The position numbers and the translations under genes were made by a program. A stretch of 64,000 nt of DNA from Candidatus Iainarchaeum sp. (lineage in GTDB: Archaea > Iainarchaeota > Iainarchaeia > Iainarchaeales > JAXPJC01), in NCBI GenBank assembly GCA_016187745.1, contig JACPJC010000005.1:96001-160000 (forward strand), read 5' to 3'. Below are positions 46,766-56,781 of this stretch, piece by piece; position 1 is the stretch's first letter; each line of letters opens with the position of its first letter. Below the pieces are notes generated by a model, which searched no databases, was not told the origin of the DNA, and saw only the letters and a program-made list of their open reading frames with translations.

Positions 46766-48597
46766 TTTTTTGCCTCAAGTGAAATTGCATTTACCGGGCA
46801 GACCTGCGGGCAGACGCCGCAGCCCCAGCACAATTCCCTTTCAATCCATATGTAATTCTTTTTCCTTATTATTGCGGGGCACGCATACTTGTCCGAGCAT
46901 ATTCTGCACTTTATGCATTTTTCCTGGTCAATGGAATATTTCGCAAAGCCCTTCCCCTTCCTGTGCAATTGCCTTTTCAGGAGCAGCCTGCATATTCCGC
47001 GCGATATTACAACAACCGCCTCTTTTTGCTCTGAAGCCTGCTTAAATGCTTCCTGCATGTCCTTCTGGCTGTATGAGTTTGCGATTTTTATGTTTGAAAT
47101 TCCCAGCGCTTTCACAACATCCTCAATTTGTATTGTTTTTGCCCCCTCCCCCAATGCATTAATTCCCGAATTTGCGCACGGCTGCTGGCCGGTCATTGCT
47201 GTTATGGAATTGTCCAAAATCACAACAACAGGGTTTGATTTATTGTAGGACAAATTTGCAATTGCTGGCATTCCCGCATGGAAGAAAGTAGAATCTCCGA
47301 TAAAGCTCACAACCCTCTGGTTGCTTACTTTTTTGATTCCGTGCGCAATTCCTGTTCCGGAGCCCATGCTCAGCACAAAATCATCAGTGAAATATGGCTC
47401 ATAAACCCCCAGCGTATAGCAGCCAATATCTCCCGCCCAAATTGCAGAGTTTCCAAACACCTTCTGCGCAGCGTAGAAAGTGCTCCTATGCGGGCATCCC
47501 TGGCAGAGCACAGGCCTTCTTATTGGAATCTTCAATTTTCCGAGCAGCGCATCGTGCTTTTTGAAATCCTGCCTTTTAATTCCGGCAAGCGGGGCAATCT
47601 TCTCAGCAACCAGTTCCGCGGAAAACTCCCCATATCTCGGGAAAAGCGATTTTCCATAAATCTTTATTTTCTCGTCAAACAGCACCTGATTCACAAACTG
47701 CTCTATTACCGGCTCAAGCTCCTCAACAACAATTATTTTCTTCAGCCCTTTTGCGAATTTTTTTATGAATTCAGGCGCAATTGGGTTGCTCAGGTTCAAT
47801 TTCGCGATTTTAACATTCTTCAGGCCCATTTCCTTCACATACTCGTAGCATATTCCGCTTGTTATGATCCCCGTTTTCCCATTTCCCTCAATCTTGTTTA
47901 TTTTTGAGTATTCCCTTTCAATTCCCGCAAGCTTCTCCAGCACTTTCCCATGCAGCTTCTGCAGCGCAGGCGCGATATTGTAATAGCGCCCGTAATCCTT
48001 CCTGAATTCCCCGGAAGTTATTCCTTTTTTTATTTTTCCCAATTTTACAGTCCCCACTGCATGGCTTGTGCGCGTTGTTGTCCTTATTATTACGGGAATT
48101 TCATATTTTTTTGAAATTTCAAATGCGATTTTTGCAAAGTCCCTGCACTCCTGCGCATTGCTCGGCTCCAGTACTGGAATATTCCCAAGCCTCGCATGCA
48201 GTCTCGTGTCCTGCTCGCTCTGCGCGCTGCTCAGCCCTCCGGGGTCATCGGCAACTACAATCACAAGCGCGCCCCTGACTCCGGTATAAACAACAGGAAA
48301 AACGGAATCCGATGCAACATTGAAGCCGAAGTGCTTCATTGAAGTAATTGAATTTACCCCGCAGAATGAAGCGCCAACGCATGCCTCGAACGCAAGCTTT
48401 TCATTTGTGCTCCACTCAAAGTAAATTCCCAGTTTTTTTGCAAAATCAGCAAGCGACATCCCCACTTCGGTGCTTGGCGTTCCGGGATATGCCGCGGAGA
48501 ACCCCAGCCCGGACTCAAGCGCCCCGCGCACTATTGCCTCGTTTCCAAGCAATACAACCTTCTTTCCGGAAGCGCCCAAAATATCTGGATTTGCCAT
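46762..48597 (-). CDS. iorA: Indolepyruvate:ferredoxin oxidoreductase alpha subunit
   Basis: LLGNEAIVRG, YPGTPSTE, CQGCPHR, GDIGCY, IGDSTFFHAG, TAMTG.Q, C-terminal 2x[4Fe-4S] domain. Confidence 0.95.
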   Translation of the reverse strand: MANPDILGASGKKVVLLGNEAIVRGALESGLGFSAAYPGTPSTEVGMSLADFAKKLGIYFEWSTNEKLAFEACVGASFCGVNSITSMKHFGFNVASDSVFPVVYTGVRGALVIVVADDPGGLSSAQSEQDTRLHARLGNIPVLEPSNAQECRDFAKIAFEISKKYEIPVIIRTTTRTSHAVGTVKLGKIKKGITSGEFRKDYGRYYNIAPALQKLHGKVLEKLAGIEREYSKINKIEGNGKTGIITSGICYEYVKEMGLKNVKIAKLNLSNPIAPEFIKKFAKGLKKIIVVEELEPVIEQFVNQVLFDEKIKIYGKSLFPRYGEFSAELVAEKIAPLAGIKRQDFKKHDALLGKLKIPIRRPVLCQGCPHRSTFYAAQKVFGNSAIWAGDIGCYTLGVYEPYFTDDFVLSMGSGTGIAHGIKKVSNQRVVSFIGDSTFFHAGMPAIANLSYNKSNPVVVILDNSITAMTGQQPCANSGINALGEGAKTIQIEDVVKALGISNIKIANSYSQKDMQEAFKQASEQKEAVVVISRGICRLLLKRQLHRKGKGFAKYSIDQEKCIKCRICSDKYACPAIIRKKNYIWIERELCWGCGVCPQVCPVNAISLEAKK

Positions 48598-48678
48598 GCC
48601 ATTATAGAAGTAGATTGGAGTATTAATAATTTTTGCTTTTCTGCCCTAATCGGATTGCTTAACAAAAACAGAAAAAAG

Positions 48679-48834
48679 TCAGGCAGCCGTCCAATAGCCA
48701 AGAAACAGTTTTATATCCATGAATATCTCGTGGCATTTAGGGCATTTGAATTCCGAGCATTCGCTTCCATCGAAATGGTCCTTCGTAACCTTCTTCAGCA
48801 CAAGTTTGGCGCTGCTGCAGGTCGGGCATTTCAT
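48679..48834 (-). CDS. 51-aa Zn-ribbon microprotein (not in the ORF track)
   Basis: Manual translation MKCPTCSSAKLVLKKVTKDHFDGSECSEFKCPKCHEIFMDIKLFLGYWTAA; AAGGAG RBS upstream. Confidence 0.75.
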   Translation of the reverse strand: MKCPTCSSAKLVLKKVTKDHFDGSECSEFKCPKCHEIFMDIKLFLGYWTAA

Positions 48835-48858
48835 TTCTGATGCTCCTTTTATTTGATT

Positions 48859-49629
48859 TTACCTCTTAACTGCCTTAATTAAACTTTTTGCCAGCATTTC
48901 ATTGCTTTCCCTAAATTTTGAAAACTCATTTTTGAAAACCTTTTGGGTGTTTGCAAATCCTTCTGAAATTTCCTTTTTTAATCCGGTCTGTGTATTGGCA
49001 AACCCTTTGGAAATCTCCCCTGAAACCTCAGACAGCTTATCAGACAAAACATCTTTTGTTTCTTCCAATTTCCCAGAAACTCCATCCATTTTTCCCCCGA
49101 GAGCATCCTTGGTTTCAGACAGCTTATCAGATAATGCATCCTTGGTTTCAGATAACTTATCAGCCAGAGCATCTTTTGTTTCGGATAACCCGTTAGACAT
49201 CTTGTCATATTTCTTATCCAATCTATCAAAGCTCTGCCTTGTTTCATCCTTGAATTCAGACATTACCAAAATTCCAATTTCAAGCCTTTCCAAATTAGCC
49301 TTTTCAAATGGTGTTGCCGCTTCCATGCCATAATCAATTTCAAATATTTTGAATTCTATTGGGGCATTAATATAATTTTTATTTCCCTCAGGATATGCTT
49401 CAATTTTATCCACACTGGTGCTGAACAGGCCATTTCCTGGTTTTAGGTTGATGCTTTTCTCAAATCCCTCCAATTGCTTTTTGGCGCCTTCGCAGAAGAT
49501 TTCAACAGTTCCATCATTAAGGTTTCTTACCAGACCCCTTATTCCAAGGCTTCTTGCTGCCTGCTTGACCAATGCCCTATAACCAACTCCCTGTATATTG
49601 CCTCTGACAATAAGCCGTTCTCTTGTCAT
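48859..49629 (-). CDS. Acylphosphatase domain fused to 11-aa amphipathic repeats (paralog B)
   Basis: GNIQGVGYR..GLVRNLNDGTVE, FEIDYG, LSETKDALxDK repeats. Confidence 0.85.
   Translation of the reverse strand: MTRERLIVRGNIQGVGYRALVKQAARSLGIRGLVRNLNDGTVEIFCEGAKKQLEGFEKSINLKPGNGLFSTSVDKIEAYPEGNKNYINAPIEFKIFEIDYGMEAATPFEKANLERLEIGILVMSEFKDETRQSFDRLDKKYDKMSNGLSETKDALADKLSETKDALSDKLSETKDALGGKMDGVSGKLEETKDVLSDKLSEVSGEISKGFANTQTGLKKEISEGFANTQKVFKNEFSKFRESNEMLAKSLIKAVKR
49030..49190 (-). repeat. Intragenic 33-bp tandem repeats (LSETKDALxDK x3 plus a degenerate copy)
   Basis: gcatccttggtttcaga and cttatcag recur at 33-bp spacing. Confidence 0.85.
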
Positions 49630-49714
49630 GTAACCAACACAGCATATAGTGTGCAGAAGGTATTTTAAAACTATCCGTCAAATAACGATATTATCCAAAT
49701 AGCGCTTTTCCGGC

Positions 49715-50902
49715 TTAAACCATCTTTATTCCGGTCATCTGCGAAACTTCCCAGCTCAGGCTTCTTACATCTTCCCTGCGCAATTCATGCGCGCCCTTCC
49801 TTCCGCATGCAGCGGCGCAGATTTTAATTTCCTCAGTGCAACTTTTCAAGTAATTTGAAATTTTTTCCTCTGCGCCCTGCATGAATTTTTTCCTTAATTC
49901 TGGCTTTTGCGTTGCTATTCCCACAGGGCAAACATCCTTGTAGCATAGCCTGCAGTTTGTGCAGCCCATTGCAATCATCAGCGGAAAAGCAACAAAAACA
50001 GCATCGGCGCCAAGCGCTAAACACTTTGCCATGTCGCCCCCAGTATTCAGGCCTCCCCCAACAACCAAATCCTGCTTTGCCTTTAATTTATCAAGTGTTT
50101 TGCGCGCCTCAACAACAGTTGTAAGGAGCGGGGAGCCAAATTCCTCAAGCATCACTTCCGGCGCAGCGCCTGTGGCGCCCATCATGGAGTCAACTGCAAT
50201 CACATCAGGATTTGCCTTCACTGCAAGTTTTACATCTGCAGCAACATCCCCCGCGCCCAATTTCAATATTACCGGCTTTCCGTTTGTAATTTTCTTCAGC
50301 CATTGAATTTTCTTGCGCAAATCCCCAATGCTGTTTATGTCAGGGTGCTTTGGCGGGGAATGCACATCCTCCCCGAATTTTATATGGCGCAGTTTCACAA
50401 TTTCTTCAGTCAATTTTTCCTTCGGCAGCAATCCGCCCATTCCCGGCTTTGCGCCCTGGCCGATTTTCATTTCAATCGCATCCGCGCTCTTCAGATACTT
50501 CTCATCAACCCCGAAGCGCGCAGTGGAATACTGCGCAATAAGAATTTCCGCTTCCTTCCTTTCCTCAGGGAGCATTCCGCCCTCCCCCGTGTTTGCGCAA
50601 GTGCCTACGATTGAGGATGCCCTTGCAAGCGCAATCTTCGCCTCTTTGCTCATCGCGCCGAAGCTCATAGCGGCAATCATTATGGGGATTTTCAATTTGA
50701 GGGGATGCCTGCTGCTCTTTCCAATAATTGTTTCAGAATCAATCTTCTCCCTGTAATAATCGTGCGGTGTTTTTGCAAGCTGCGCGGGCACAAAAACCAG
50801 CTCATTAAGGCTTAATTTATCGGCCTTGCTGGTTTTGCGCGTGCTCATGAGCGGAGCTTCAGCGCTTGAAGCGCGCTTCCTAATGTCCTCAATCCAGCCC
50901 AT
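49715..50902 (-). CDS. Stand-alone FMN-binding glutamate synthase-like protein (GltB domain 2)
   Basis: MSFGAMSKEA, NTGEGG, EMKIGQGAKPG.GG.LP, SPP.HPD, GC..C..C...CPVGIATQ. Confidence 0.92.
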   Translation of the reverse strand: MGWIEDIRKRASSAEAPLMSTRKTSKADKLSLNELVFVPAQLAKTPHDYYREKIDSETIIGKSSRHPLKLKIPIMIAAMSFGAMSKEAKIALARASSIVGTCANTGEGGMLPEERKEAEILIAQYSTARFGVDEKYLKSADAIEMKIGQGAKPGMGGLLPKEKLTEEIVKLRHIKFGEDVHSPPKHPDINSIGDLRKKIQWLKKITNGKPVILKLGAGDVAADVKLAVKANPDVIAVDSMMGATGAAPEVMLEEFGSPLLTTVVEARKTLDKLKAKQDLVVGGGLNTGGDMAKCLALGADAVFVAFPLMIAMGCTNCRLCYKDVCPVGIATQKPELRKKFMQGAEEKISNYLKSCTEEIKICAAACGRKGAHELRREDVRSLSWEVSQMTGIKMV

Positions 50903-51095
50903 TTTCTCAGAATTATAATAGAAATACCTTATTTTTAAAGTTAAGGTTTGTAATTATGCCAACACATGGCATTTACTGAAGTTTTGCCATAAATAAAATT
51001 TGGGCACAATCCTGCAGGGATTTTTCTCTTAAGCGCTGCTATACCCTCTGAACACCGCCTATAGGCGAGCGCGGGGGAGAGAAATATAACATTCC

Positions 51096-51743
51096 CTAGA
51101 TATTAAAATTGGTTAAATTAATTTGAGAATAAGAATCCACAACTAAATCCGCATCTTTCAATTTATCCCTCTCATAAGTAGTAGTTAAAGCAATACATCT
51201 CATCCCTGCTCTTTTAGCAGCCTCAATTCCGTACGGTGAATCTTCTATTACTAAGCAATATTTAGGTTGTGAGCTTAACATTTTTGCGGAATACAGAAAT
51301 ATTTCAGGGTTAGGTTTTGAAACATATCCTACATCGGCTATAGAAAATACATTTCCATTAAATAATTTTGATAATCCCAATCTTTGATCAGTAATTTCCA
51401 AAAGGTCTTTGCTCATAGAAGTTGCAATGCAAGTTTTATATTTTCCTGCAATTTTCTTATAGAATTCTTCAAATCCGGATATAAAGCTTAATTGATTTCT
51501 GAACAGTTCCCTTACTATTTCTATACGCTCTTTTGCCAACTCTTCAGAATCGCCTTTAAAACCATATTCTCTTTGCAGTATCTTGACGCCTTCTGGTAAA
51601 GACTTCCCCGTAAGTAGATGCTTGATTCTACTTCTATCATAAACGAATCCTCTGCGTCTTAGAAATTCTTCTTGCCCCCTGTCCCAAATAATTTCACTAT
51701 CTACTACAATACCTTCCGCGTCAAAGATTATAGTATCGATCAT
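51096..51743 (-). CDS. HAD-family phosphatase (beta-PGM/CbbY-like)
   Basis: IFDAEG, SKPNPEIF, VIEDS..GIEAAKRAGM; AT-rich. Confidence 0.88.
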   Translation of the reverse strand: MIDTIIFDAEGIVVDSEIIWDRGQEEFLRRRGFVYDRSRIKHLLTGKSLPEGVKILQREYGFKGDSEELAKERIEIVRELFRNQLSFISGFEEFYKKIAGKYKTCIATSMSKDLLEITDQRLGLSKLFNGNVFSIADVGYVSKPNPEIFLYSAKMLSSQPKYCLVIEDSPYGIEAAKRAGMRCIALTTTYERDKLKDADLVVDSYSQINLTNFNI

Positions 51744-51763
51744 CTATGAAAATCCCTTATTAA

Positions 51764-54373
51764 TTATGGCAGGAAAATTTCCTTCTTTATTTTTTCCGGG
51801 AGGTATTTCTTTGCAACAAAGTCAAGACTCTTGTTCGCAAGCGCCTGCTGCTCTATCCTGATTTTCTCATCAATCGCCTTTTTTAGTTCCTCTTGCCAGG
51901 GCTTGTTCTTGAACCAGTCGTAATTCTGCATCTCCTTTGCGCGCTTCACGTCCCCTTCCTTCATTTTTTCCGTAACATTCTGCAGCCCGTAATCCTTCAC
52001 ATCCTCAAGCGTCATTCCGACATATTTCGCATCAGGGCACGCAAGGAATTCAGAATGCGCCGCAAGCGCCATCGAGCCCTGCTTTATTACTGAATAGATA
52101 TACCATCCGAACGGGTCCCCATCAGTGTTGTGCACGCAGATAAAATTTGAAAAGAACCTGTGCGTATCAGCCATCTCTATATCATACACATACTGGTCTG
52201 TCGGCTCCACGCGCTCTATTTCCTTTATCCTTGCAAGCGTTGTCTTGCTGCTGGCAAAATCATTCAGAATTTGCAGGTTGCCATTCAGGTTTCTGCCCTC
52301 AAGCAGCGCCCTAAGCTTCTTCTTGGAAATTCTTGGCCACTGGAATGTTGCCGGCGGCAGCCTCCTTTCGAGCTCGCCCCTGAACTCGTTCCTGAAATCC
52401 TCCCTGAACCTCTCAACAAATTCCCTCGGCAGGCTGTCAAATTTAGGCGTTTTGATATAATCATTTGCAATATGCTGCAATGCCTGCGGATTAAGCTCTG
52501 AAACAACCTCCCCGAGCTTCAGCAAAGCCTCCTTGTTTGCAATGCTCACAAGATAGGGCTTGTGCTTTGCGGCAACCTTTGCTATCTGCACCCCTGAGGC
52601 AGTTGTCATTTCAACCTCGTGCTCATCATAATCTTCCTTTGGATACTGGATTGTTGCATTTGCGCCAATCTGCGCAGAAAGCAGAACCAGGTCATAGGCA
52701 AGCCCCTTGCTTACTGTTTTTGCCCAGAGCTCTACTGAGGATTTTTCCTTCTTGAAATCCACTCTTCCGTCGCCCCTGAAATAGCCCCTGAAAAACTCTT
52801 TTTTCGCATCTGCGGGAACGTTAAAAATTACGTATGGCACTCTTTTATTTGCCGCCCCGCTTGAGGCAAGCCTTTTGAATATTGCAGAAAGAATTGTATT
52901 ATGCGCAACAACCTGTATTTCTGTGGAATGCGGGGAATGCTCTTTTGCATCATTTCCGAATATTGCCGCAAGCGCCTGCTTGACATCATTTATGTAATTT
53001 TTTTCACTGCTGTTGAAGCTGAAACACACATTGTGCTCATCCAGATGCCCTTCTGCGGCATAATACCCAAGAAGCCTGCAGAAATCAGGCAGCATATTCC
53101 CTTCCACAAATCTTGGCATTGAGCCCTTCCTGTTCCTTTTGTTGATTATTGCAGATTCTGTTATCTCCGCATTCGGGCAGCCAAGCGCAAATTCCGCAAG
53201 GTCAATTCTCCCAAGGCTCTCATTGTTCGGAACATCAAGGCTTACAACCGCAAAATCATTTTCCCTGTCAATTTCCAGGGGGGTTTTTTCAGCAAACTCG
53301 TGCTTCTTTGAATCATAGACAATAAGGCTGTGTGACCTTGTGGCCTTTACGCTATAGCCCAGATCTGTTTTAACCTCATAAAGGTCTTCAACTATCGGAT
53401 GCCTTATGACCTGGTTGATCTTCCCAAAACTTGTTTTCCTGTTGTCAAAGCACATTGATTTTGCATCAATATCCGCGCGCTCATTCTCAATAATCCCATT
53501 TACCTTCAGCAGTTTCCTGCCATCCATAAGGTCCTTCAGTCTGAAATTCTTGATAAGGCCGTTTTCCTCTATAACAACAGTTTCATCGCCATCAACGCTG
53601 AATACTATTGTAGGCAGCTTCTCCTCAGTATGCAATCTGTGGATCAGGCGCCTAGTTCCCCGCGCAGCCTGCCCCCCCGTAGAAACAAGAATTGCCTTGT
53701 TATCCTGCGCAAAATGCTCCTCAACAAGCCTCTCATACATCGCCTCAGTTTCAATTACAAGGACATATTTCGCCTTCACATCAACAATTTCAATTTCCTC
53801 GGGCTCAAGCCTTGACATTACGCTCCATCCGCCCCTTCCAAGTTTTGCGCAGTTGAATGTGTCATTGTTGTGCATTTTATCGCGCAGCGTAATGTCCCCA
53901 TAGAGCGTTCCCTTGGGGTTAGCATGCAAATTCAATTTCTCCCTTATTGAGTCAACAGCATGCTCAATGTCCACAATGCAGCTGTCGCTCTCCCCCTGCT
54001 CCTCGAAAGTGTTTTCCTTTGTATTTCCAAGGGTATGCTTCAGTTCGTAATAAATTTCACGTATGCTTGCCGTCTTGTTCTCCCTCACATAATCATGGCA
54101 TTTCCCTGTTACCATCATCGTCTGCATGAATTTTCTCGCATGGCCTATGTTGAGGAAATTGCGCGTTGTTTTTTTCTCCCCGAGTATTATTACCCCTTTT
54201 TTCTCATCAAAGGCGACATTTCCCCTTCCCCTCTGCATTGTGACAAATTCGGGATCGCGCCCCTTGTTTATGTCTGTTACAACCCCGCTTGCAATCTCAA
54301 CAAGCCTCTTTTTTATTGCCTCAGGGCTTTCCTTTTCCTTTGAGCTATGTGCGCCTTTCCTTTCCTCAGACAT
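51764..54373 (-). CDS. top6A: DNA topoisomerase VI subunit A, interrupted by an intein
   Basis: SIREIYY (catalytic Tyr), VIETEAM..RL, TDGDPFG..I, IEQQAL. Confidence 0.95.
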   Translation of the reverse strand: MSEERKGAHSSKEKESPEAIKKRLVEIASGVVTDINKGRDPEFVTMQRGRGNVAFDEKKGVIILGEKKTTRNFLNIGHARKFMQTMMVTGKCHDYVRENKTASIREIYYELKHTLGNTKENTFEEQGESDSCIVDIEHAVDSIREKLNLHANPKGTLYGDITLRDKMHNNDTFNCAKLGRGGWSVMSRLEPEEIEIVDVKAKYVLVIETEAMYERLVEEHFAQDNKAILVSTGGQAARGTRRLIHRLHTEEKLPTIVFSVDGDETVVIEENGLIKNFRLKDLMDGRKLLKVNGIIENERADIDAKSMCFDNRKTSFGKINQVIRHPIVEDLYEVKTDLGYSVKATRSHSLIVYDSKKHEFAEKTPLEIDRENDFAVVSLDVPNNESLGRIDLAEFALGCPNAEITESAIINKRNRKGSMPRFVEGNMLPDFCRLLGYYAAEGHLDEHNVCFSFNSSEKNYINDVKQALAAIFGNDAKEHSPHSTEIQVVAHNTILSAIFKRLASSGAANKRVPYVIFNVPADAKKEFFRGYFRGDGRVDFKKEKSSVELWAKTVSKGLAYDLVLLSAQIGANATIQYPKEDYDEHEVEMTTASGVQIAKVAAKHKPYLVSIANKEALLKLGEVVSELNPQALQHIANDYIKTPKFDSLPREFVERFREDFRNEFRGELERRLPPATFQWPRISKKKLRALLEGRNLNGNLQILNDFASSKTTLARIKEIERVEPTDQYVYDIEMADTHRFFSNFICVHNTDGDPFGWYIYSVIKQGSMALAAHSEFLACPDAKYVGMTLEDVKDYGLQNVTEKMKEGDVKRAKEMQNYDWFKNKPWQEELKKAIDEKIRIEQQALANKSLDFVAKKYLPEKIKKEIFLP
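52127..53599 (-). mobile_element. 491-aa intein with LAGLIDADG homing endonuclease in Top6A
   Basis: N-junction VF|SVDGDE, block B ATRSHSL, LLGYYAAEG and FFRGYFRGDG, block F VYDIE, C-junction VHN|T. Confidence 0.93.
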
Positions 54374-54374
54374 T

Positions 54375-56156
54375 TTATTCACCTTCGACCTCGCTTTCAT
54401 TCTCAACTTCCTCAATCTGCAGGGCCTCAGTATCTTCCTTCGCCTCTTCGGCCTCCTGCTTCTCAATTATCTTAAGCTTCTCGGTAACCAGCTTCTCAAG
54501 CTTTTCCCTCAGTTTCTTCTCATCCTCTTTTGTGATGTTGTGGAGCGCAGCAGCAATTTCAGGGATGTACTTGTAGAAGGTTTCCCTCCTCATTTTTTTC
54601 TCATAATCCCTCTGCTTGTTGGTTATGTAGCGCGCGGTTTTCCTTCCAGTATCCATCAGCGCAAGCCTTATTTCCTCAATTATTTCCTCTTCCTCCGCAA
54701 TCGCCTGCTTTCCCGCGGAAGTGTAGGGCACATGCACGGAAATCAAATTCACAAACACAGTAAGCGGAACATTCTCAAGGTCCTTAACTCCATATCTCTT
54801 CCATTCAATTGTCTGGACTGCCTTCGTTATTGCGCATCCTCCGGAATCAAACAGCAGCGGCGCGCGGTTCGCAAAGCGCATTATTTCAACGCTTCTTGTC
54901 TGCTGCCCCTCGCCTGTTCCATTCTGGTTTGCCCTCCCCGCCTCCCCCCCGTATGCGATTCCGACTTCCACCTGGAAGGGAAATCCCTCGGCATAAACCT
55001 GCGGCCTGCGCGTTATAACGCTCAAAAATTCCGGCTTAACAATGCTCAGCAGGCTCTTCCTTATCCTGTCCTCCCCAATGGGGCGCAAGCCCTCGGTGCT
55101 CGGCGCAAGGAATGTTATCGCCTTTATCGCATTTATTATTTCCTCCGCTTCCCCCCACACAAGCTTTTTCGGGTCCTTGTTGAGGTCAAAATGTATCTTG
55201 TTTGCAACTTCCTCAAGCGCCTTGTCCCCGAACCTCTCAAACTCGCTTTTCAGGAAGCTTGAGATTTTCCTCGCTTCTGTGTATTTTGAAAGGCTCAGCA
55301 GCTCATCAACAGTTGCCCCCTTCGGATGCGGCTTTATTTCCTTCGGCCTTTCCGGAAGCTCTGAAACAGTGCGCTTGAATATTATTTTTTTGCCCGTGGG
55401 GTCCTTGAAGGAGATTTTCGCGTGGGGGTTTGCGACCGCAGTCCTGCGCAGATACTCATAGGCGTTCTGCTCCGCCTGCCTGTAAAGCACTCCCTTGAAT
55501 TCAGCCCTTACCGCAGTTCCCTTGAAATCCTTCTGCAGCATTTCAATATTGCTCAATTTCGGCTGGTTTGTTTTTGTGTCAATTGCAACATCAACAGCAA
55601 AGGGCTTTCCTTTCCCAGAGCCTGTAATTACCTTCACGGGCTTCCCGGTTGTCATCTGCGAAAATACCGTGCAGCCTGCCGCCCCAATGCCCTGCTGCCC
55701 GCGCATCTGCATGAGCCTGTGGAATTTGGTTCCCGCAAGCAGCTGCCCGAATGCCTTTCCAACGCTTTCCTGCGTGAGCCCCGGGCCATTGTCAACAACA
55801 GTAACTTCGTAATGCTCCGGCCCAAGCTCCGTAAGCGTCATATCAATATCCGGGAGAATTCCTGACTCCTCGCACGCATCCAATGAATTTGTTACGTACT
55901 CGTGGATGATTGTAGTTAAGCACCTGATTTTTCCCACAAGGCCGAGCATCTGCCTGTTTTTCTTGAAAAATTCCGCAACGCTGTGCTCCTTGAATTCCTT
56001 TTCCAGCTCTTCAGCGGTAAGCGGCTTTATGGGCTTTGAAGTTTCCTCTTCCTCCTCTTCGGAAGCCAGGGGCGCCTTTGCGGATTTCTTCGCGGGCTGC
56101 GCCTTCGGAATTTCCTCCGCGGCAACCGCCTTCTTCCCCTCCTTTTTCTCCGCCAT
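54375..56156 (-). CDS. top6B: DNA topoisomerase VI subunit B
   Basis: SVAEFF.KN, HEYVTNSLDACE, DNGPG, RGQQGIG, NPHA, RFANRAPLL, VPYTSAGKQ. Confidence 0.96.
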   Translation of the reverse strand: MAEKKEGKKAVAAEEIPKAQPAKKSAKAPLASEEEEEETSKPIKPLTAEELEKEFKEHSVAEFFKKNRQMLGLVGKIRCLTTIIHEYVTNSLDACEESGILPDIDMTLTELGPEHYEVTVVDNGPGLTQESVGKAFGQLLAGTKFHRLMQMRGQQGIGAAGCTVFSQMTTGKPVKVITGSGKGKPFAVDVAIDTKTNQPKLSNIEMLQKDFKGTAVRAEFKGVLYRQAEQNAYEYLRRTAVANPHAKISFKDPTGKKIIFKRTVSELPERPKEIKPHPKGATVDELLSLSKYTEARKISSFLKSEFERFGDKALEEVANKIHFDLNKDPKKLVWGEAEEIINAIKAITFLAPSTEGLRPIGEDRIRKSLLSIVKPEFLSVITRRPQVYAEGFPFQVEVGIAYGGEAGRANQNGTGEGQQTRSVEIMRFANRAPLLFDSGGCAITKAVQTIEWKRYGVKDLENVPLTVFVNLISVHVPYTSAGKQAIAEEEEIIEEIRLALMDTGRKTARYITNKQRDYEKKMRRETFYKYIPEIAAALHNITKEDEKKLREKLEKLVTEKLKIIEKQEAEEAKEDTEALQIEEVENESEVEGE

Positions 56157-56171
56157 TAAATTCACACCATC

Positions 56172-56708
56172 TTAAAGCTCAAATTTCCTGTTTCCCTCAA
56201 ATCTCGTGCGCCTCTCCAGAAAATCATAAACCGTCTTGTGCTCCGCGCCCTTTATCAGCATTTCAATTGCCTCATGCGCAATTTCCGCATCCTCCGCGCC
56301 CCCTATTATTGAAACTGTCTTTCCATATGCCGAAATTTCAGTTCCCGTAAGCTCCTCAATCGCCTCCCTTGCCTTTCCCTGGGAGCCGATAATCCTTGAT
56401 TTTCTCTGCGAGATAGCCTTTTCGGATTTTCCCACAAACTCGCTTATGTCAATCACATCCAGGATATAATCATCGTGCATCAGCTGCATCGCCCTTTCCG
56501 GCGAAAAGCCCCTTGCAACAGCCTTTATTATTGAAGCTGCCTTCAACCCAAGCAATGCCTCCTTTGAGGAAATTTCCACTTCCCCGCTTGAGCTTTCAAT
56601 GCTTATCCTGCTTTTTGTCTTCTGCTGAATTTTTCTTTTCGCGCTTCCGTTTTTTCCAATAAGCACTGCAATCCTGTCCTTTGGAACCCTGACGAACTCG
56701 CTGTACAT
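56172..56708 (-). CDS. KH-domain pre-rRNA processing protein (Dim2/Pno1 type)
   Basis: RIAVLIGKNG, RGFSPERA, RIIGSQGKAR, G..H.TVY.FL. Confidence 0.92.
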   Translation of the reverse strand: MYSEFVRVPKDRIAVLIGKNGSAKRKIQQKTKSRISIESSSGEVEISSKEALLGLKAASIIKAVARGFSPERAMQLMHDDYILDVIDISEFVGKSEKAISQRKSRIIGSQGKAREAIEELTGTEISAYGKTVSIIGGAEDAEIAHEAIEMLIKGAEHKTVYDFLERRTRFEGNRKFEL

Positions 56709-56781
56709 GCTCTTAGTTCTCTCTAGAATCCAGGCTTTTCTATTATGGTTAATATAATAATATTATAGTATATAAAGGTTT

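Noticed and set aside
48655-48840. 61-aa plus-strand ORF
   Set aside because: The opposite-strand Zn-ribbon ORF with an RBS is the better gene
54374-54466. Arg-rich N-terminal extension of Top6A
   Set aside because: Overlaps the top6B 3' end in another frame; likely start is 54373
54126-55262. 378-aa plus-strand ORF
   Set aside because: Antisense shadow of top6B/top6A
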